Below are positions 1 to 8,701 of a DNA stretch of 62,097 bases, one piece after another (within the stretch, counting starts at the first letter, position 1; every line of letters starts with the position of its first letter). Made by a program: the position numbers and the translations under genes. Source of the stretch: a virus (lineage: Duplodnaviria > Caudoviricetes); the IMG/VR virus record IMGVR_UViG_3300023181_000031, positions 1 through 62,097 of that record. One strand, written 5' to 3'. The notes below the pieces were generated by a model that searched no databases, was not told where the DNA came from, and was given only the letters and a program-made list of their open reading frames with translations.

Positions 1-145
1 AAATTATCTTGATGATAATTAAAAGCTTGACCATCAATATTTACAATCGCAAAATTATGAAAAACATCACTTTCAAATCTTGATATAATTCCTACTTGAT
101 TATATTCTGGACAACCTTTATTACTAACCCTAACTTTATCGCCTA
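1..145. repeat. Terminal direct repeat, left copy (circular assembly overlap)
   Basis: Identical to 61954-62097 except for one extra A (TTACTAACCC vs TTACTACCC); an ORF reads through the join. Confidence 0.95.
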
Positions 146-1103
146 CTTTAAGCTTATCATCAGCTTTTTTAAACTCTGTTTTTTGATCTTGATTCTCTAC
201 AAAATCAATACTTGCTTGACTTGCTCCAAATAAATTTTTATCGTTAATTTCTATATCTTTTATAGGTATTAAAACTGGTTCTGATTCAGACGGCAACTGA
301 ATATAAATATTATTATGTGAGCTACCATCTCTTAAACCATTATCTATTAAAACTATACCAGTCATATTATGATATTTAGATTCAGGATTATTTATTTTAA
401 CTAAATCATTAGGTTTATAAACATACATAAGTGTTTGTTTTTCTTCTTTAATTAATTCTAAATGATATTTATGAAATGAAGTCTCGTTAAAATCATCAAA
501 ACTAACAATAAAATTTTTGTCTGTTGTTCCAATTCCCTTAATAATACCTATTTTATTAACATCAGTTAAATATAAGGTTTTTACTCTAACTTTATCACCT
601 ATTTTAAATTCTTGATTAGTATTTTTTTTAGACTCTTGTTTAACTTTTTCTTTAACTAACTCTAATTGATTTAGATTTAGTTCATCAGTACCAACATTAA
701 AGCTAACACGTGCACAAAATTGCTCTTCTTTAGTCCAACTACTTGTAAAAGTAAAAAATTCTTTAATAATTCCAACCTGATTATATCTATTTAAATAATC
801 TTTGGTTACTCTTACTTTATCGCCTATTTTAAAACCATCAAAATTGATATCTAGTTTAGGTAATTCAGAATCTTGCTTAACTTCTTCTTTATCCTTACTA
901 ACTCTTGTTAAAGTTCTTACGCCATTAGCTAACAAAATAGTACTTATATCTCTAGCTTTAAACTCTTTACCGTTATGCCTTTTAAAACCTCTAACATTTA
1001 AAGAATCAGCCGTATTACATTGATTAAATCCAGCTTCTTTATACTCTAAAACTAAATCAATAATCTCTTGCGGTTCTTTACACTCTTTTATTTTAGCTTC
1101 CAT
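1..1103 (-). CDS. N-terminal part of a junction-spanning 766-aa protein (recombinase-type HTH + tandem KOW/SH3 modules + Rha); continues at 61953-60756
   Basis: ATG at 1103 after GGAGAAG, open to base 1 and in frame with the 60756..61799 ORF. MEAKIKECKEPQEII...ADSLNVRGFKRHNGKEF...FKIGDKVRV...FKIGDKVRV...YKPNDLVKI...LKVGDKVRV. Confidence 0.88.
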   Translation of the reverse strand, partial: MEAKIKECKEPQEIIDLVLEYKEAGFNQCNTADSLNVRGFKRHNGKEFKARDISTILLANGVRTLTRVSKDKEEVKQDSELPKLDINFDGFKIGDKVRVTKDYLNRYNQVGIIKEFFTFTSSWTKEEQFCARVSFNVGTDELNLNQLELVKEKVKQESKKNTNQEFKIGDKVRVKTLYLTDVNKIGIIKGIGTTDKNFIVSFDDFNETSFHKYHLELIKEEKQTLMYVYKPNDLVKINNPESKYHNMTGIVLIDNGLRDGSSHNNIYIQLPSESEPVLIPIKDIEINDKNLFGASQASIDFVENQDQKTEFKKADDKLKVGDKVRVSNKGCPEYNQVGIISRFESDVFHNFAIVNIDGQAFNYHQDN

Positions 1104-1317
1104 AATCTTCTCCAATATATAAAAATTGTCCTACTTCTATTTTAAAAAACTCACATATTTTTAATAAAGTATCGTAGTGAATACCTTTTAATTTATTTGC
1201 TTTTATACCTGATAAAGTTCTGTTATCTATAGCAATTACTTTGCTTAAAGTTTTACTATTATATCTTTCCTTTTTCATTAACTCAGCAAGCTTGTTTTTT
1301 ATTATTCTGTCTGTCAT
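1093..1317 (-). CDS. XRE/Cro-C1 helix-turn-helix regulator
   Basis: 74 aa; KLAELMKKE..SKTLSKVIAIDNRTLSGIKANK..IHYDTLLKICEFFKIEVGQFL. Confidence 0.85.
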   Translation of the reverse strand: MTDRIIKNKLAELMKKERYNSKTLSKVIAIDNRTLSGIKANKLKGIHYDTLLKICEFFKIEVGQFLYIGEDYGS

Positions 1318-1341
1318 ATTCTCCTAGACTCCAATAATTTA

Positions 1342-1381
1342 ACAGTAATTACATTATATAGTAAATTTTAATTACTGTCTA
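1342..1381 (-). promoter_or_regulatory. sigma70-type promoter with overlapping inverted operator
   Basis: TAGACA-17 nt-TATAAT on the minus strand; ACAGTAATT...AATTACTGT inverted repeat overlaps it. Confidence 0.7.
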
Positions 1382-1401
1382 TAGTAATTTAAGATAATAA
1401 A

Positions 1402-1433
1402 TTAGACGAGTTTAGACGGTTAAACTCGTCTAA
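1402..1433 (-). terminator. 13-bp perfect hairpin at the end of the methylase gene
   Basis: TTAGACGAGTTTA-gacggt-TAAACTCGTCTAA, followed by a T-rich run on the minus strand. Confidence 0.6.
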
Positions 1434-2077
1434 AAATAATAGTTAATTTCTGGTTGTTCTTGAAATAAATTTAACTGTGAAACAAACTTATCTATCCTGT
1501 TTTTACCTTCTAAAAAATAATGTTGATCTAATTCGCAGCCTGTTAAATCAAAACCTAATTCTATACAGGCTTGTACAATAGACATTGAACCTAAATGAGT
1601 ATCAAGAATTTTATCACCTTGTTTAGCATACTTTTCTAATAACCAACGATACAGGGCAGTTGGTTTTTGTGTGGGGTGTATTCTATATTTATCTTGTGGA
1701 GCATATTCAAATAATTTTGATATAGTAGATAATTCATTATTAATCCAAGCATATTCACACATAGACATTGTAAATGTATCAGAAATAGTTTTTTTCTTAT
1801 AAATTACAAATCCACAATTATTAGGTAATAAATCATTAAAATTATTAGCACCCCAAATAATCTGATTTTTACTTACTCTAAATAATTCTTCAAAATAACT
1901 TTTATTAGGTTTATTTCCAAAATCTTTCATACTCCCATTATTTCGCATATCTTTTGTTGGTTGGTTATCTTTTAAATCTCGATAAGGCGGATCAACTATC
2001 GCTAAATCAAAATATTTATCAGGGTAATCTTTCATCAATAACATATTATCTTTGTTATATAAATCTATCTTAGTCAT
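1430..2077 (-). CDS. DNA amino-methyltransferase (N6-A/N4-C, beta-class), orphan
   Basis: DLAIVDPPY, HPTQKP and ILDTHLGS..GCELD motifs. Confidence 0.92.
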   Translation of the reverse strand: MTKIDLYNKDNMLLMKDYPDKYFDLAIVDPPYRDLKDNQPTKDMRNNGSMKDFGNKPNKSYFEELFRVSKNQIIWGANNFNDLLPNNCGFVIYKKKTISDTFTMSMCEYAWINNELSTISKLFEYAPQDKYRIHPTQKPTALYRWLLEKYAKQGDKILDTHLGSMSIVQACIELGFDLTGCELDQHYFLEGKNRIDKFVSQLNLFQEQPEINYYF

Positions 2078-2448
2078 TTTTTACCTTTATTTTTATCTAA
2101 TAAAATTTGATTGTTTTTAATATTAATAAAATCCTGAATATCAATATCGTTATCACTTAATACTCTTATTCTAGGCTCTATTAAATAATCAGGAGTATTA
2201 TTATTTACGCTTAAAATATCACTTATAACCTGATTGCAACTATCTTGATTAGTAAGAAGCTCATTAAAAATATACTCTAATCTTTCTAATGCTTCAGGGT
2301 CATTTTTACACTTTTCAATTTTATTAGAATATTTCTCTATTAAACCTATATCAACAAATCTTTTCTCACTAGCTAATTTTCTAAGCAAAGTATCTATATC
2401 ATCTTCAAAATATTCGTTATACATATTAATATTTCTCCAAGCTTGCAA
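2074..2448 (-). CDS. Hypothetical protein (probable start MYNEY at 2424)
   Basis: ORF coupled to dnaB and the methylase. Confidence 0.6.
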   Translation of the reverse strand: MQAWRNINMYNEYFEDDIDTLLRKLASEKRFVDIGLIEKYSNKIEKCKNDPEALERLEYIFNELLTNQDSCNQVISDILSVNNNTPDYLIEPRIRVLSDNDIDIQDFINIKNNQILLDKNKGKK

Positions 2449-3757
2449 ATTTTGTTAACGAACCATCAAAGAATAATTCTATTTCTCCCGTTGAGCCTTC
2501 ACGATTTTTTACTATTATAACGTCCGCTGTTTTTGTTCGAGTTCCTGGGTTGTAATACTCCTCTCTATAAAGCATTATTATGGCATCGGCAGCGGCTTCA
2601 ATTTCTGATGAATGTATTAAATCACTCATAATAGGTTTTTTACTTTGTCTTTGCTCAACTGCTCTACTTAATTGACTTAATGCTATTATTGGCACTTCTA
2701 ACTCTAAAGCAATATTTTTTAATTCTCTAGCAATTTGTGATACTTCATTTTCACGGTTAAAACCTTTACCTTTTAAAAGTTGTAAATAATCAACAACAAC
2801 AACACCTATTTTTTGCCCTTTAGTTTTTAATTTACGTAACTTATTTTTAATATCCTGCGGACTAACAGCACCTTTATCATCAATAAAAATAGGAGCTTTT
2901 TTGAGTTTAATAAATATTTCTTTTAGTTTATCTTTTTCTGTTGAGCTTACATTCCCATATTTAAAATCATTATAACTTTTACCAAACTCAGACGTGATAA
3001 TTCTATCGGCTATTTTACCTTTTAACATTTCTAAACTAAATATTGGAGTAGCTAAATTTTGATTTAATGCAATATATGTTGCTAAATTTACAGCGTAACT
3101 ACTTTTCCCGATTGCAGGTCTAGCCGCTAGTATATATAAACCTCCTGGCTGTATTTCTAATAAAGTATCTACATGCTCAAAGCCTGTATTTATTTTCTTA
3201 GATTTTTGCTCTTCGGTAATACCTCTATTATCTATATATCCCATATATTCAAGTTCTTTTTCTTCAAAAGTTTGTTTCATATGTTCTAAGTCATTAGTAT
3301 ATTTATCTTGAGATATTGCATATAATCCGCTTTCAGCTACTTCTAATAAATCATCTGTTTTTGTTGTTGGATCAAAAGCCATTTCTATAAGTTCATAAGA
3401 AAATGTTATTAAATCTCTTTTAACTTCTAAGTTCTTAAGTATCTCTAAATGTTTGGTAAACATACCGTGAACAATACTTTCAGTTGCGGTTAATACATAA
3501 CTGTAACCGCCTACATCTTCTAAATCATTATTTTCTTTTAACTTTTCGCATAAAGTTATAATATCAATTTGTACATTCTCAGAATTAAGATTGCTTAAGG
3601 CTTTAAAAATTTTAGCGTGATGAGTAATATAAAAACTTTTCTCATTTAATTTACTCAACATTTCATCTAAACAATTTTTACTTGTAAAACCTGCACTTAA
3701 AACAGACGTTTCCGCTTGTATATTATGCGGTGGTATAGAATCTAGTATCTTACTCAT
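2426..3757 (-). CDS. dnaB: Replicative DNA helicase DnaB
   Basis: PPHNIQAE N-terminus, Walker A ARPAIGKS, FSLEM, VVVDYLQL, SQLSRAVEQR, KNREG. Confidence 0.95.
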   Translation of the reverse strand: MSKILDSIPPHNIQAETSVLSAGFTSKNCLDEMLSKLNEKSFYITHHAKIFKALSNLNSENVQIDIITLCEKLKENNDLEDVGGYSYVLTATESIVHGMFTKHLEILKNLEVKRDLITFSYELIEMAFDPTTKTDDLLEVAESGLYAISQDKYTNDLEHMKQTFEEKELEYMGYIDNRGITEEQKSKKINTGFEHVDTLLEIQPGGLYILAARPAIGKSSYAVNLATYIALNQNLATPIFSLEMLKGKIADRIITSEFGKSYNDFKYGNVSSTEKDKLKEIFIKLKKAPIFIDDKGAVSPQDIKNKLRKLKTKGQKIGVVVVDYLQLLKGKGFNRENEVSQIARELKNIALELEVPIIALSQLSRAVEQRQSKKPIMSDLIHSSEIEAAADAIIMLYREEYYNPGTRTKTADVIIVKNREGSTGEIELFFDGSLTKFASLEKY

Positions 3758-4858
3758 TTAAACACCCTTATTGATTATTTTTGATATGGTTTTGCTTATA
3801 GAATTAATGTTTATATCTTTGTTATTTGCTTTAACTTCTAAGATCATATCTATTAATTCTTTAAAAGAAATAATTTCAAATGTTTTTAAGAACTTTGTTT
3901 GTATTTCATCAAAAAAACTACTATATGTTTCATCAAGTTCGGGCCTAGTTTCTTTTGAAATTGATCTGTAATAATCTAAATTACTTAGTTGAACTAATAC
4001 AGGATTAACTATATTCTCTTTAAGTTGTTCTAGGTTACTACCCATTGAACAACGCCAAATACTCATAACAGGTCTGTGTTTATTTAAAAATTCTTTCATA
4101 GACAAAGAAAATAAATGTTTTTTGTATTCGTCAGGCATATCCTGATTATTTTTTATAGCATTAACTAAATAACCTGCGTTGCGTTCACTAGTTTCTCTAT
4201 ATGGGTAATAAATTAATTGTTTAGAAATAATGTCACTAGAGTAATTAAAAACTAAATCTTTAGCAACACTTTCAAATATCTTTAATTCTGTAAGTTGTTT
4301 AATTAAGCTTGTTTTTTCTTCAGATAGAAAATTAACTATTTTTTCTTTAGGTGATTCAAAATTTTCTTTTATATTATCTTTATTATTATTTGTTTTATTT
4401 AAATTAGTTTTATTTATTTCTTTATATTTATATCGGTCTGATTCAACAGGGTTGCTTTCAATACTATTGCTTTCAATACCCTTGCTTGCAATACCCTTGC
4501 TTGCAATGGGGTTGCTTTCAATACCATTGAAAAGGGGGGATTGATCATCAAAAGGATAAGTAGTATAAGTCCATAAATACTTACCATCTACGCTTATTCT
4601 CTCACGTGATAACAACTTTAAGTTTTCAAGTTCTTTTACTCCCTTACTAACTGCTTTTTCTGTCAGGTTACATTTAAGCATTAAACTTTTAATATTCTCG
4701 TTATATTTAACATCGTTTGTTTTGATATTTAAGTATATTAATTTTGCGTTAGCTGTTATTTTAGGGTATCTGATAAATTTTAGATACCAAGTTTGATCCT
4801 CACTTTTATGATTAGTCACGTTTCCTCTATAATTGTTTTGTTTTTGAATTGCCGACAT
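3758..4858 (-). CDS. Replication initiator (N-terminal wHTH, internal iterons)
   Basis: ITANAKLIYL..SEKAVSKGVKELENLKLL-type wHTH, 5-aa repeats, C-terminal AGYLVNAIK; directly upstream of dnaB. Confidence 0.8.
   Translation of the reverse strand: MSAIQKQNNYRGNVTNHKSEDQTWYLKFIRYPKITANAKLIYLNIKTNDVKYNENIKSLMLKCNLTEKAVSKGVKELENLKLLSRERISVDGKYLWTYTTYPFDDQSPLFNGIESNPIASKGIASKGIESNSIESNPVESDRYKYKEINKTNLNKTNNNKDNIKENFESPKEKIVNFLSEEKTSLIKQLTELKIFESVAKDLVFNYSSDIISKQLIYYPYRETSERNAGYLVNAIKNNQDMPDEYKKHLFSLSMKEFLNKHRPVMSIWRCSMGSNLEQLKENIVNPVLVQLSNLDYYRSISKETRPELDETYSSFFDEIQTKFLKTFEIISFKELIDMILEVKANNKDININSISKTISKIINKGV
4452..4526. repeat. Five tandem 15-bp iteron-like repeats, probable replication origin
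   Basis: TTGCTT(T/G)CAAT-N4 units at 4452, 4467, 4482, 4497 and 4512, inside the initiator gene. Confidence 0.8.
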
Positions 4859-4867
4859 TAAAAAATA

Positions 4868-4957
4868 TCTCCTTTAATATTGTTTTTTAGGAGAATTTAA
4901 GCTAAACTAAGAATGTTACATAAATATATTTGGTCTTAGCGTTTGTTTAAATTCTCC
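4868..4957 (-). promoter_or_regulatory. Structured leader of the initiator gene with alternative RBS-sequestering pairing
   Basis: GGAGAATTTAA (4890-4900) and TTAAATTCTCC (4947-4957) inverted repeat; UCUCCU can alternatively pair with the AGGAGA RBS at 4868-4873. Confidence 0.55.
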
Positions 4958-4982
4958 AATAGTTTAGATAGGCTCTAAGGCT

Positions 4983-5135
4983 CTATCTTTTATCAAAATA
5001 ATCATTCACTATATCTCTAAGTATTTCAGAAATATGAACACCTAGCCTTGTAGCTTCATTTGTTAAATCTTTTATATTCTTTTCTGAATATGTATAAGTT
5101 TTTTTTACCTTTTTATTAGTTTCTACTCTTATCAT
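4983..5135 (-). CDS. CopG-like ribbon-helix-helix protein (50 aa, not in ORF track)
   Basis: MIRVETNKKVKKTYTYSEKNIKDLTNEATRLGVHISEILRDIVNDYFDKR; RBS AGGAG. Confidence 0.75.
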   Translation of the reverse strand: MIRVETNKKVKKTYTYSEKNIKDLTNEATRLGVHISEILRDIVNDYFDKR

Positions 5136-5542
5136 TTTTTTTATACTCCTGTATTGCTATTATACCACCTTAAATATTATATGTAAATTATTTAAGTTTT
5201 TTCAAATTTATCCCTTTATTAAAATTAAATCATCGGTTGAGCATTTAATATGCTGAGTGCTAAACGGGTAATTAGCTATTAAACATTGGTTATTGGCTTT
5301 CTTTTTAAGTCTTATATAGAATTTACCTTTTAAAGTTTTATGCTTTACTAAATCGCTTATATTCATTATTCTTCAGCTCCTAACTCTTCTAATAATTCGT
5401 TTATAAGTTTGTTTTCATAATAACCTTTTTCATCATAAGAATTATATGTTTTAAAGCTAGAATCTAAAAGAATGTTTTTTAGTGCTTGAATGTCTGATCC
5501 TGTTAGTTCAAGTTTTAAACTGTAATTTATTTCCATTATTTT

Positions 5543-5839
5543 TTACTCCTCAAAGCCTGAAAATTGATTGAATAAATTTAAACAATCCGAGCATGTTATA
5601 TCTTTTTTGGTATAGTTACTTTTTACATCTATTAAATCAAGCCATGTTAAGGTTTCATCTTCTATTGCCAAAGCTCTTACCTCACCACATAATGAAATAT
5701 TCCCTATTGAGTTTATATCGTCATTATCTTCTAAAGGCTCATCAGGAATAAAGACATGTATATCTGTTACACCATAAATCTCATTGTTATTTTCATCTAT
5801 TTCACAGGTATCTAACTCTGTAATATAAAAATCTTGCAT
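5543..5839 (-). CDS. Acidic putative zinc-binding protein; paralog of 57939..58187
   Basis: IHV..SLCG..DETL..ITCxxC pattern shared by both. Confidence 0.6.
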   Translation of the reverse strand: MQDFYITELDTCEIDENNNEIYGVTDIHVFIPDEPLEDNDDINSIGNISLCGEVRALAIEDETLTWLDLIDVKSNYTKKDITCSDCLNLFNQFSGFEE

Positions 5840-6011
5840 TTATTTTTTATCCTCTATTTCATATAATATTTTATCCATTAGGTCACGCTCAGGCTCATCG
5901 CCAAAATGTACAGCTACTTTATTAAATATGTTGATTAAAAGTTTTTGATCTCTTGAGGATAAAACAAGCATTATAGGTTGAAAAGTTTGTTTAGTTTCCA
6001 TTTATTACTCC

Positions 6012-6134
6012 TTAAAGTTGATTAGTTAAAATAGGTGTTTCACTTGGTGAAGGTAAAGGGAACGGTTTGTTATCCTGACACGGGTTAAACTGTGATAGTA
6101 AGATTATTAAACCGATTGTTAGTATTGTTTTCAT
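6012..6134 (-). CDS. 40-aa peptide with signal-like N-terminus (not in ORF track)
   Basis: MKTILTIGLIILLSQFNPCQDNKPFPLPSPSETPILTNQL; RBS AGGAG. Confidence 0.55.
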   Translation of the reverse strand: MKTILTIGLIILLSQFNPCQDNKPFPLPSPSETPILTNQL

Positions 6135-6518
6135 TTAATTAACTCCTGATAATAATTTGTTGTATTTAGGTTTCACTTTTTCAAAAGAGTCTTTTAATTC
6201 TTGAAGTTTGAATAAATTATTTTTTAAGTGATGTTTATTATTTTGTAATAAATTTCTAAAATTGATTCTATCATCAAGTGAATTACTTTCTTTAATTAAT
6301 TTAGTAAGTTTATTTACTTCATTTTGATAGAAATTAACTAAGTTAGTTAAATAATCGGTTTGTTGATCCCACCAGATTAAAGAATTTTCAGCGTAAAGTT
6401 TTTTAATTAAGTTTAAGTCTTTATCAGATAAGCTTTCAAATTTGATTGAGATAAACTCTAATAATATTTTAGCTGTGATAACTAAATCTAATTCTTTTAG
6501 TTGTTCTTTGGTTTTCAT
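6135..6518 (-). CDS. Hypothetical helical protein
   Basis: ORF in a tightly packed leftward operon. Confidence 0.65.
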   Translation of the reverse strand: MKTKEQLKELDLVITAKILLEFISIKFESLSDKDLNLIKKLYAENSLIWWDQQTDYLTNLVNFYQNEVNKLTKLIKESNSLDDRINFRNLLQNNKHHLKNNLFKLQELKDSFEKVKPKYNKLLSGVN

Positions 6519-6519
6519 T

Positions 6520-6813
6520 TTATTTCCTTTTAACTCCTATTGCTTTGTCACTTTCTTCAATTTGTTTATTTATACTTAGTTTTTCTAAATAATGATTTAA
6601 TTTATCGTTTGGAAATTCCGCTATATAAATTAAAAGTGTTTTCTTTTTACCTACAGATAAATTTACTAAGTCTTTATTATTGTTTAAGTCTTCTACATCT
6701 TCATAGTCTAAAATTATTTTATGTTCTTTGCCTTCAACGCCTTCAATATTTTTGATTATTTCCATTCTATTTTTTACTCCAAACGTCACATACACGACTT
6801 TGTGACACTTCAA
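6520..6813 (-). CDS. Hypothetical protein (probable start MEIIK)
   Basis: ORF in the same operon. Confidence 0.55.
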   Translation of the reverse strand: MKCHKVVYVTFGVKNRMEIIKNIEGVEGKEHKIILDYEDVEDLNNNKDLVNLSVGKKKTLLIYIAEFPNDKLNHYLEKLSINKQIEESDKAIGVKRK

Positions 6814-7021
6814 ATTTTAATTTATAATGTTGAGTGCAAAGATAGATTTTATTATTGTATTTATCTTTGTCAGATTGCACTGATTTACATGTTAAACAAT
6901 GTTTGTTTTGTTCTGTACTAGGTTTATACTCATAATGAGATTTAAAAGCGTTTACAGTGCAATTTAAACTTAACGGCTTTTTGTTAGTTGGTATATCTCC
7001 AAAAATATTTATTTGACACAT
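6767..7021 (-). CDS. Cys-rich hypothetical protein
   Basis: CxxC...C...VCDVW. Confidence 0.6.
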   Translation of the reverse strand: MCQINIFGDIPTNKKPLSLNCTVNAFKSHYEYKPSTEQNKHCLTCKSVQSDKDKYNNKIYLCTQHYKLKFEVSQSRVCDVWSKK

Positions 7022-7177
7022 ATTTTTAGCTCATCAGTATTAAAATATCTAAGTACTTGTTTTTTATCTAATAAAACCCTTATTTTTGGTTCTCCGTCTG
7101 TATAAACTTCTTTTATAATACCTGTAGAGTTAAAATGTATACACTCAGGATTAATAATTTTAACCTTTTTGTTTAGT

Positions 7178-7390
7178 TTAAATTCCATCTTTTTCTCCTT
7201 TATATTTTAATAAATCTCCTGGTTGACACTTAAGAGCCTTGCATAATTTGTTAAGAGTTGGTAGTGTGACGCCTTTCACGTTTCTTGATACATCAGATAA
7301 AAAGTTAGCTGATAGTTTTGTTTCTAGTGCTAAATCACTAAGTCTCATTTTTCTTTTTTGCAATACTTTAAGTAAAGTTATTTCGATCAA
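7178..7390 (-). CDS. XRE/Cro-like HTH regulator at the divergent switch
   Basis: KRKMRLSDLALETKLSANFLSDVSRN..TLPTLNKLCKALKCQPGDLL; TTG start after GAGGT. Confidence 0.9.
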   Translation of the reverse strand: MIEITLLKVLQKRKMRLSDLALETKLSANFLSDVSRNVKGVTLPTLNKLCKALKCQPGDLLKYKGEKDGI

Positions 7391-7420
7391 TTTTTAAACC
7401 TCTAAAAATATAATAATATT

Positions 7421-7512
7421 AGTGTAACACTATAAGAGATAAAATACAACTCATAGAGATTGTAAAAATATCTCTTGAAGTAGTTGACTTTTAAATGTGA
7501 TTAATATATACT
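7421..7512. promoter_or_regulatory. Back-to-back sigma70 promoters
   Basis: Plus: TTGACT-17-TATACT (7484-7512). Minus: TTGTAT-17-TACACT (7449-7421). AGAGAT/ATCTCT repeats lie between. Confidence 0.75.
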
Positions 7513-7547
7513 TGGTTTTAACGATTGAAATTAAAGGTAAAAACAAA

Positions 7548-7781
7548 ATGACAAAATTTGCTGATGAAAAAGTTTTAAAACAAGAATTAAAAACACAACT
7601 TCCTAAATTAACTATAAAGGTTACTAGAAATAAAGAAGCGGTAATAGGAATAAAAACCGAAGGTATAGGAGCAGGTAAGTTATTAACAAAGTATGTTTGT
7701 AAGAAATTAGGTTATGAGATTGTTAAACCTGAATATTTAACAGATAAACAAAAACAAAATTATGATTGTTTTATATTTTAA
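7548..7781 (+). CDS. Hypothetical early protein (start corrected to MTKFAD)
   Basis: AAAGGTAAAAACAAA before ATG 7548; the upstream track start lies within the promoter. Confidence 0.7.
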   Translation: MTKFADEKVLKQELKTQLPKLTIKVTRNKEAVIGIKTEGIGAGKLLTKYVCKKLGYEIVKPEYLTDKQKQNYDCFIF

Positions 7782-7794
7782 GAGGTAAAAACAA

Positions 7795-8412
7795 ATGACA
7801 TTTAGAAGCGTAACAAGTGATTTAGAAAAGACTTATCAAGAAAAGTTTAAAGGTTTAGATAATAAAGGTTTAGTAGCTGATTTTAGAGCTGAGAAAAAGA
7901 AAAAAAATGAATTTAAAACACTTGCAGAGTTTAAAGCTGAAAGTTTAGTTCCTTTTCATATCTATAGAAAAGAATTTAATAGAAGAGGGATAGATTACTT
8001 AGAAGTGTTGCATAATCCTGAGTTTGTGCCTGCTGATAGTGTTACAGAAATTACTTACGCTGAGTATGCAAAACAGTTTTTAAATATAACTATAACAGAA
8101 GATCAAGCCATGTTTTTATGGAGTTTAGCCACTGATGACTTAGATATAGTTTATCAAGGTTGTAAGACTGGTACTAGATCAGTTTATATAGTTAATTACA
8201 TAGAAAGTTTATGTGATGATAAAGGTATAGAGTTTCCAGAAAAAAGACATTTTAATAACAGTGAATATAACAGGTTTTTTGATAATATTCTTGATCCTGA
8301 AAGTAATATTTATAATGCTTCTGTTCATATGGAAGTGTTAAATAAAATAGTTACTAAGTGTTTTGATAAGTTCGTAGAATTTTATGATGAAAATAGAAAT
8401 GGAGATATTTAA
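7795..8412 (+). CDS. Hypothetical acidic early protein
   Basis: 205-aa ORF with RBS GAGGTAAAA. Confidence 0.75.
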   Translation: MTFRSVTSDLEKTYQEKFKGLDNKGLVADFRAEKKKKNEFKTLAEFKAESLVPFHIYRKEFNRRGIDYLEVLHNPEFVPADSVTEITYAEYAKQFLNITITEDQAMFLWSLATDDLDIVYQGCKTGTRSVYIVNYIESLCDDKGIEFPEKRHFNNSEYNRFFDNILDPESNIYNASVHMEVLNKIVTKCFDKFVEFYDENRNGDI

Positions 8413-8413
8413 A

Positions 8414-8593
8414 ATGTCAATTAAAAATAATATGGATCAAATTAATAAATTAGTGTCTGAAATAACTAGTTTAACCGTTCACAATATGCCTGTAATTCCT
8501 TGTTTAAAAGTTCAGGATTTATTATTACAAATTTGTAATTTAACTGGTAGAACTGAAAATATTGCTGAAAGTTTAACGGAGGTAAAAAAATGA
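8414..8593 (+). CDS. Hypothetical protein (start MSIKNN)
   Basis: GGAG RBS, operon packing. Confidence 0.55.
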   Translation: MSIKNNMDQINKLVSEITSLTVHNMPVIPCLKVQDLLLQICNLTGRTENIAESLTEVKK

Positions 8594-8701
8594 TTAGAGG
8601 TTTAATTGTTTTAACAGATAATAGCCCGTTTTTACCTGTTGGTATAGCTTTAGTTTGTGCGGTTTTATTATGGTTCTTTTTAAGTGAAGATGAGGTGATT
8701 A

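Noticed and set aside
802-1023. Plus-strand 73-aa ORF in the track
   Set aside because: Antisense shadow of the junction-spanning KOW-Rha gene
4452-4526. Tandem repeats as a mini-CRISPR
   Set aside because: Contiguous 15-bp units without spacers inside the initiator gene fit iterons
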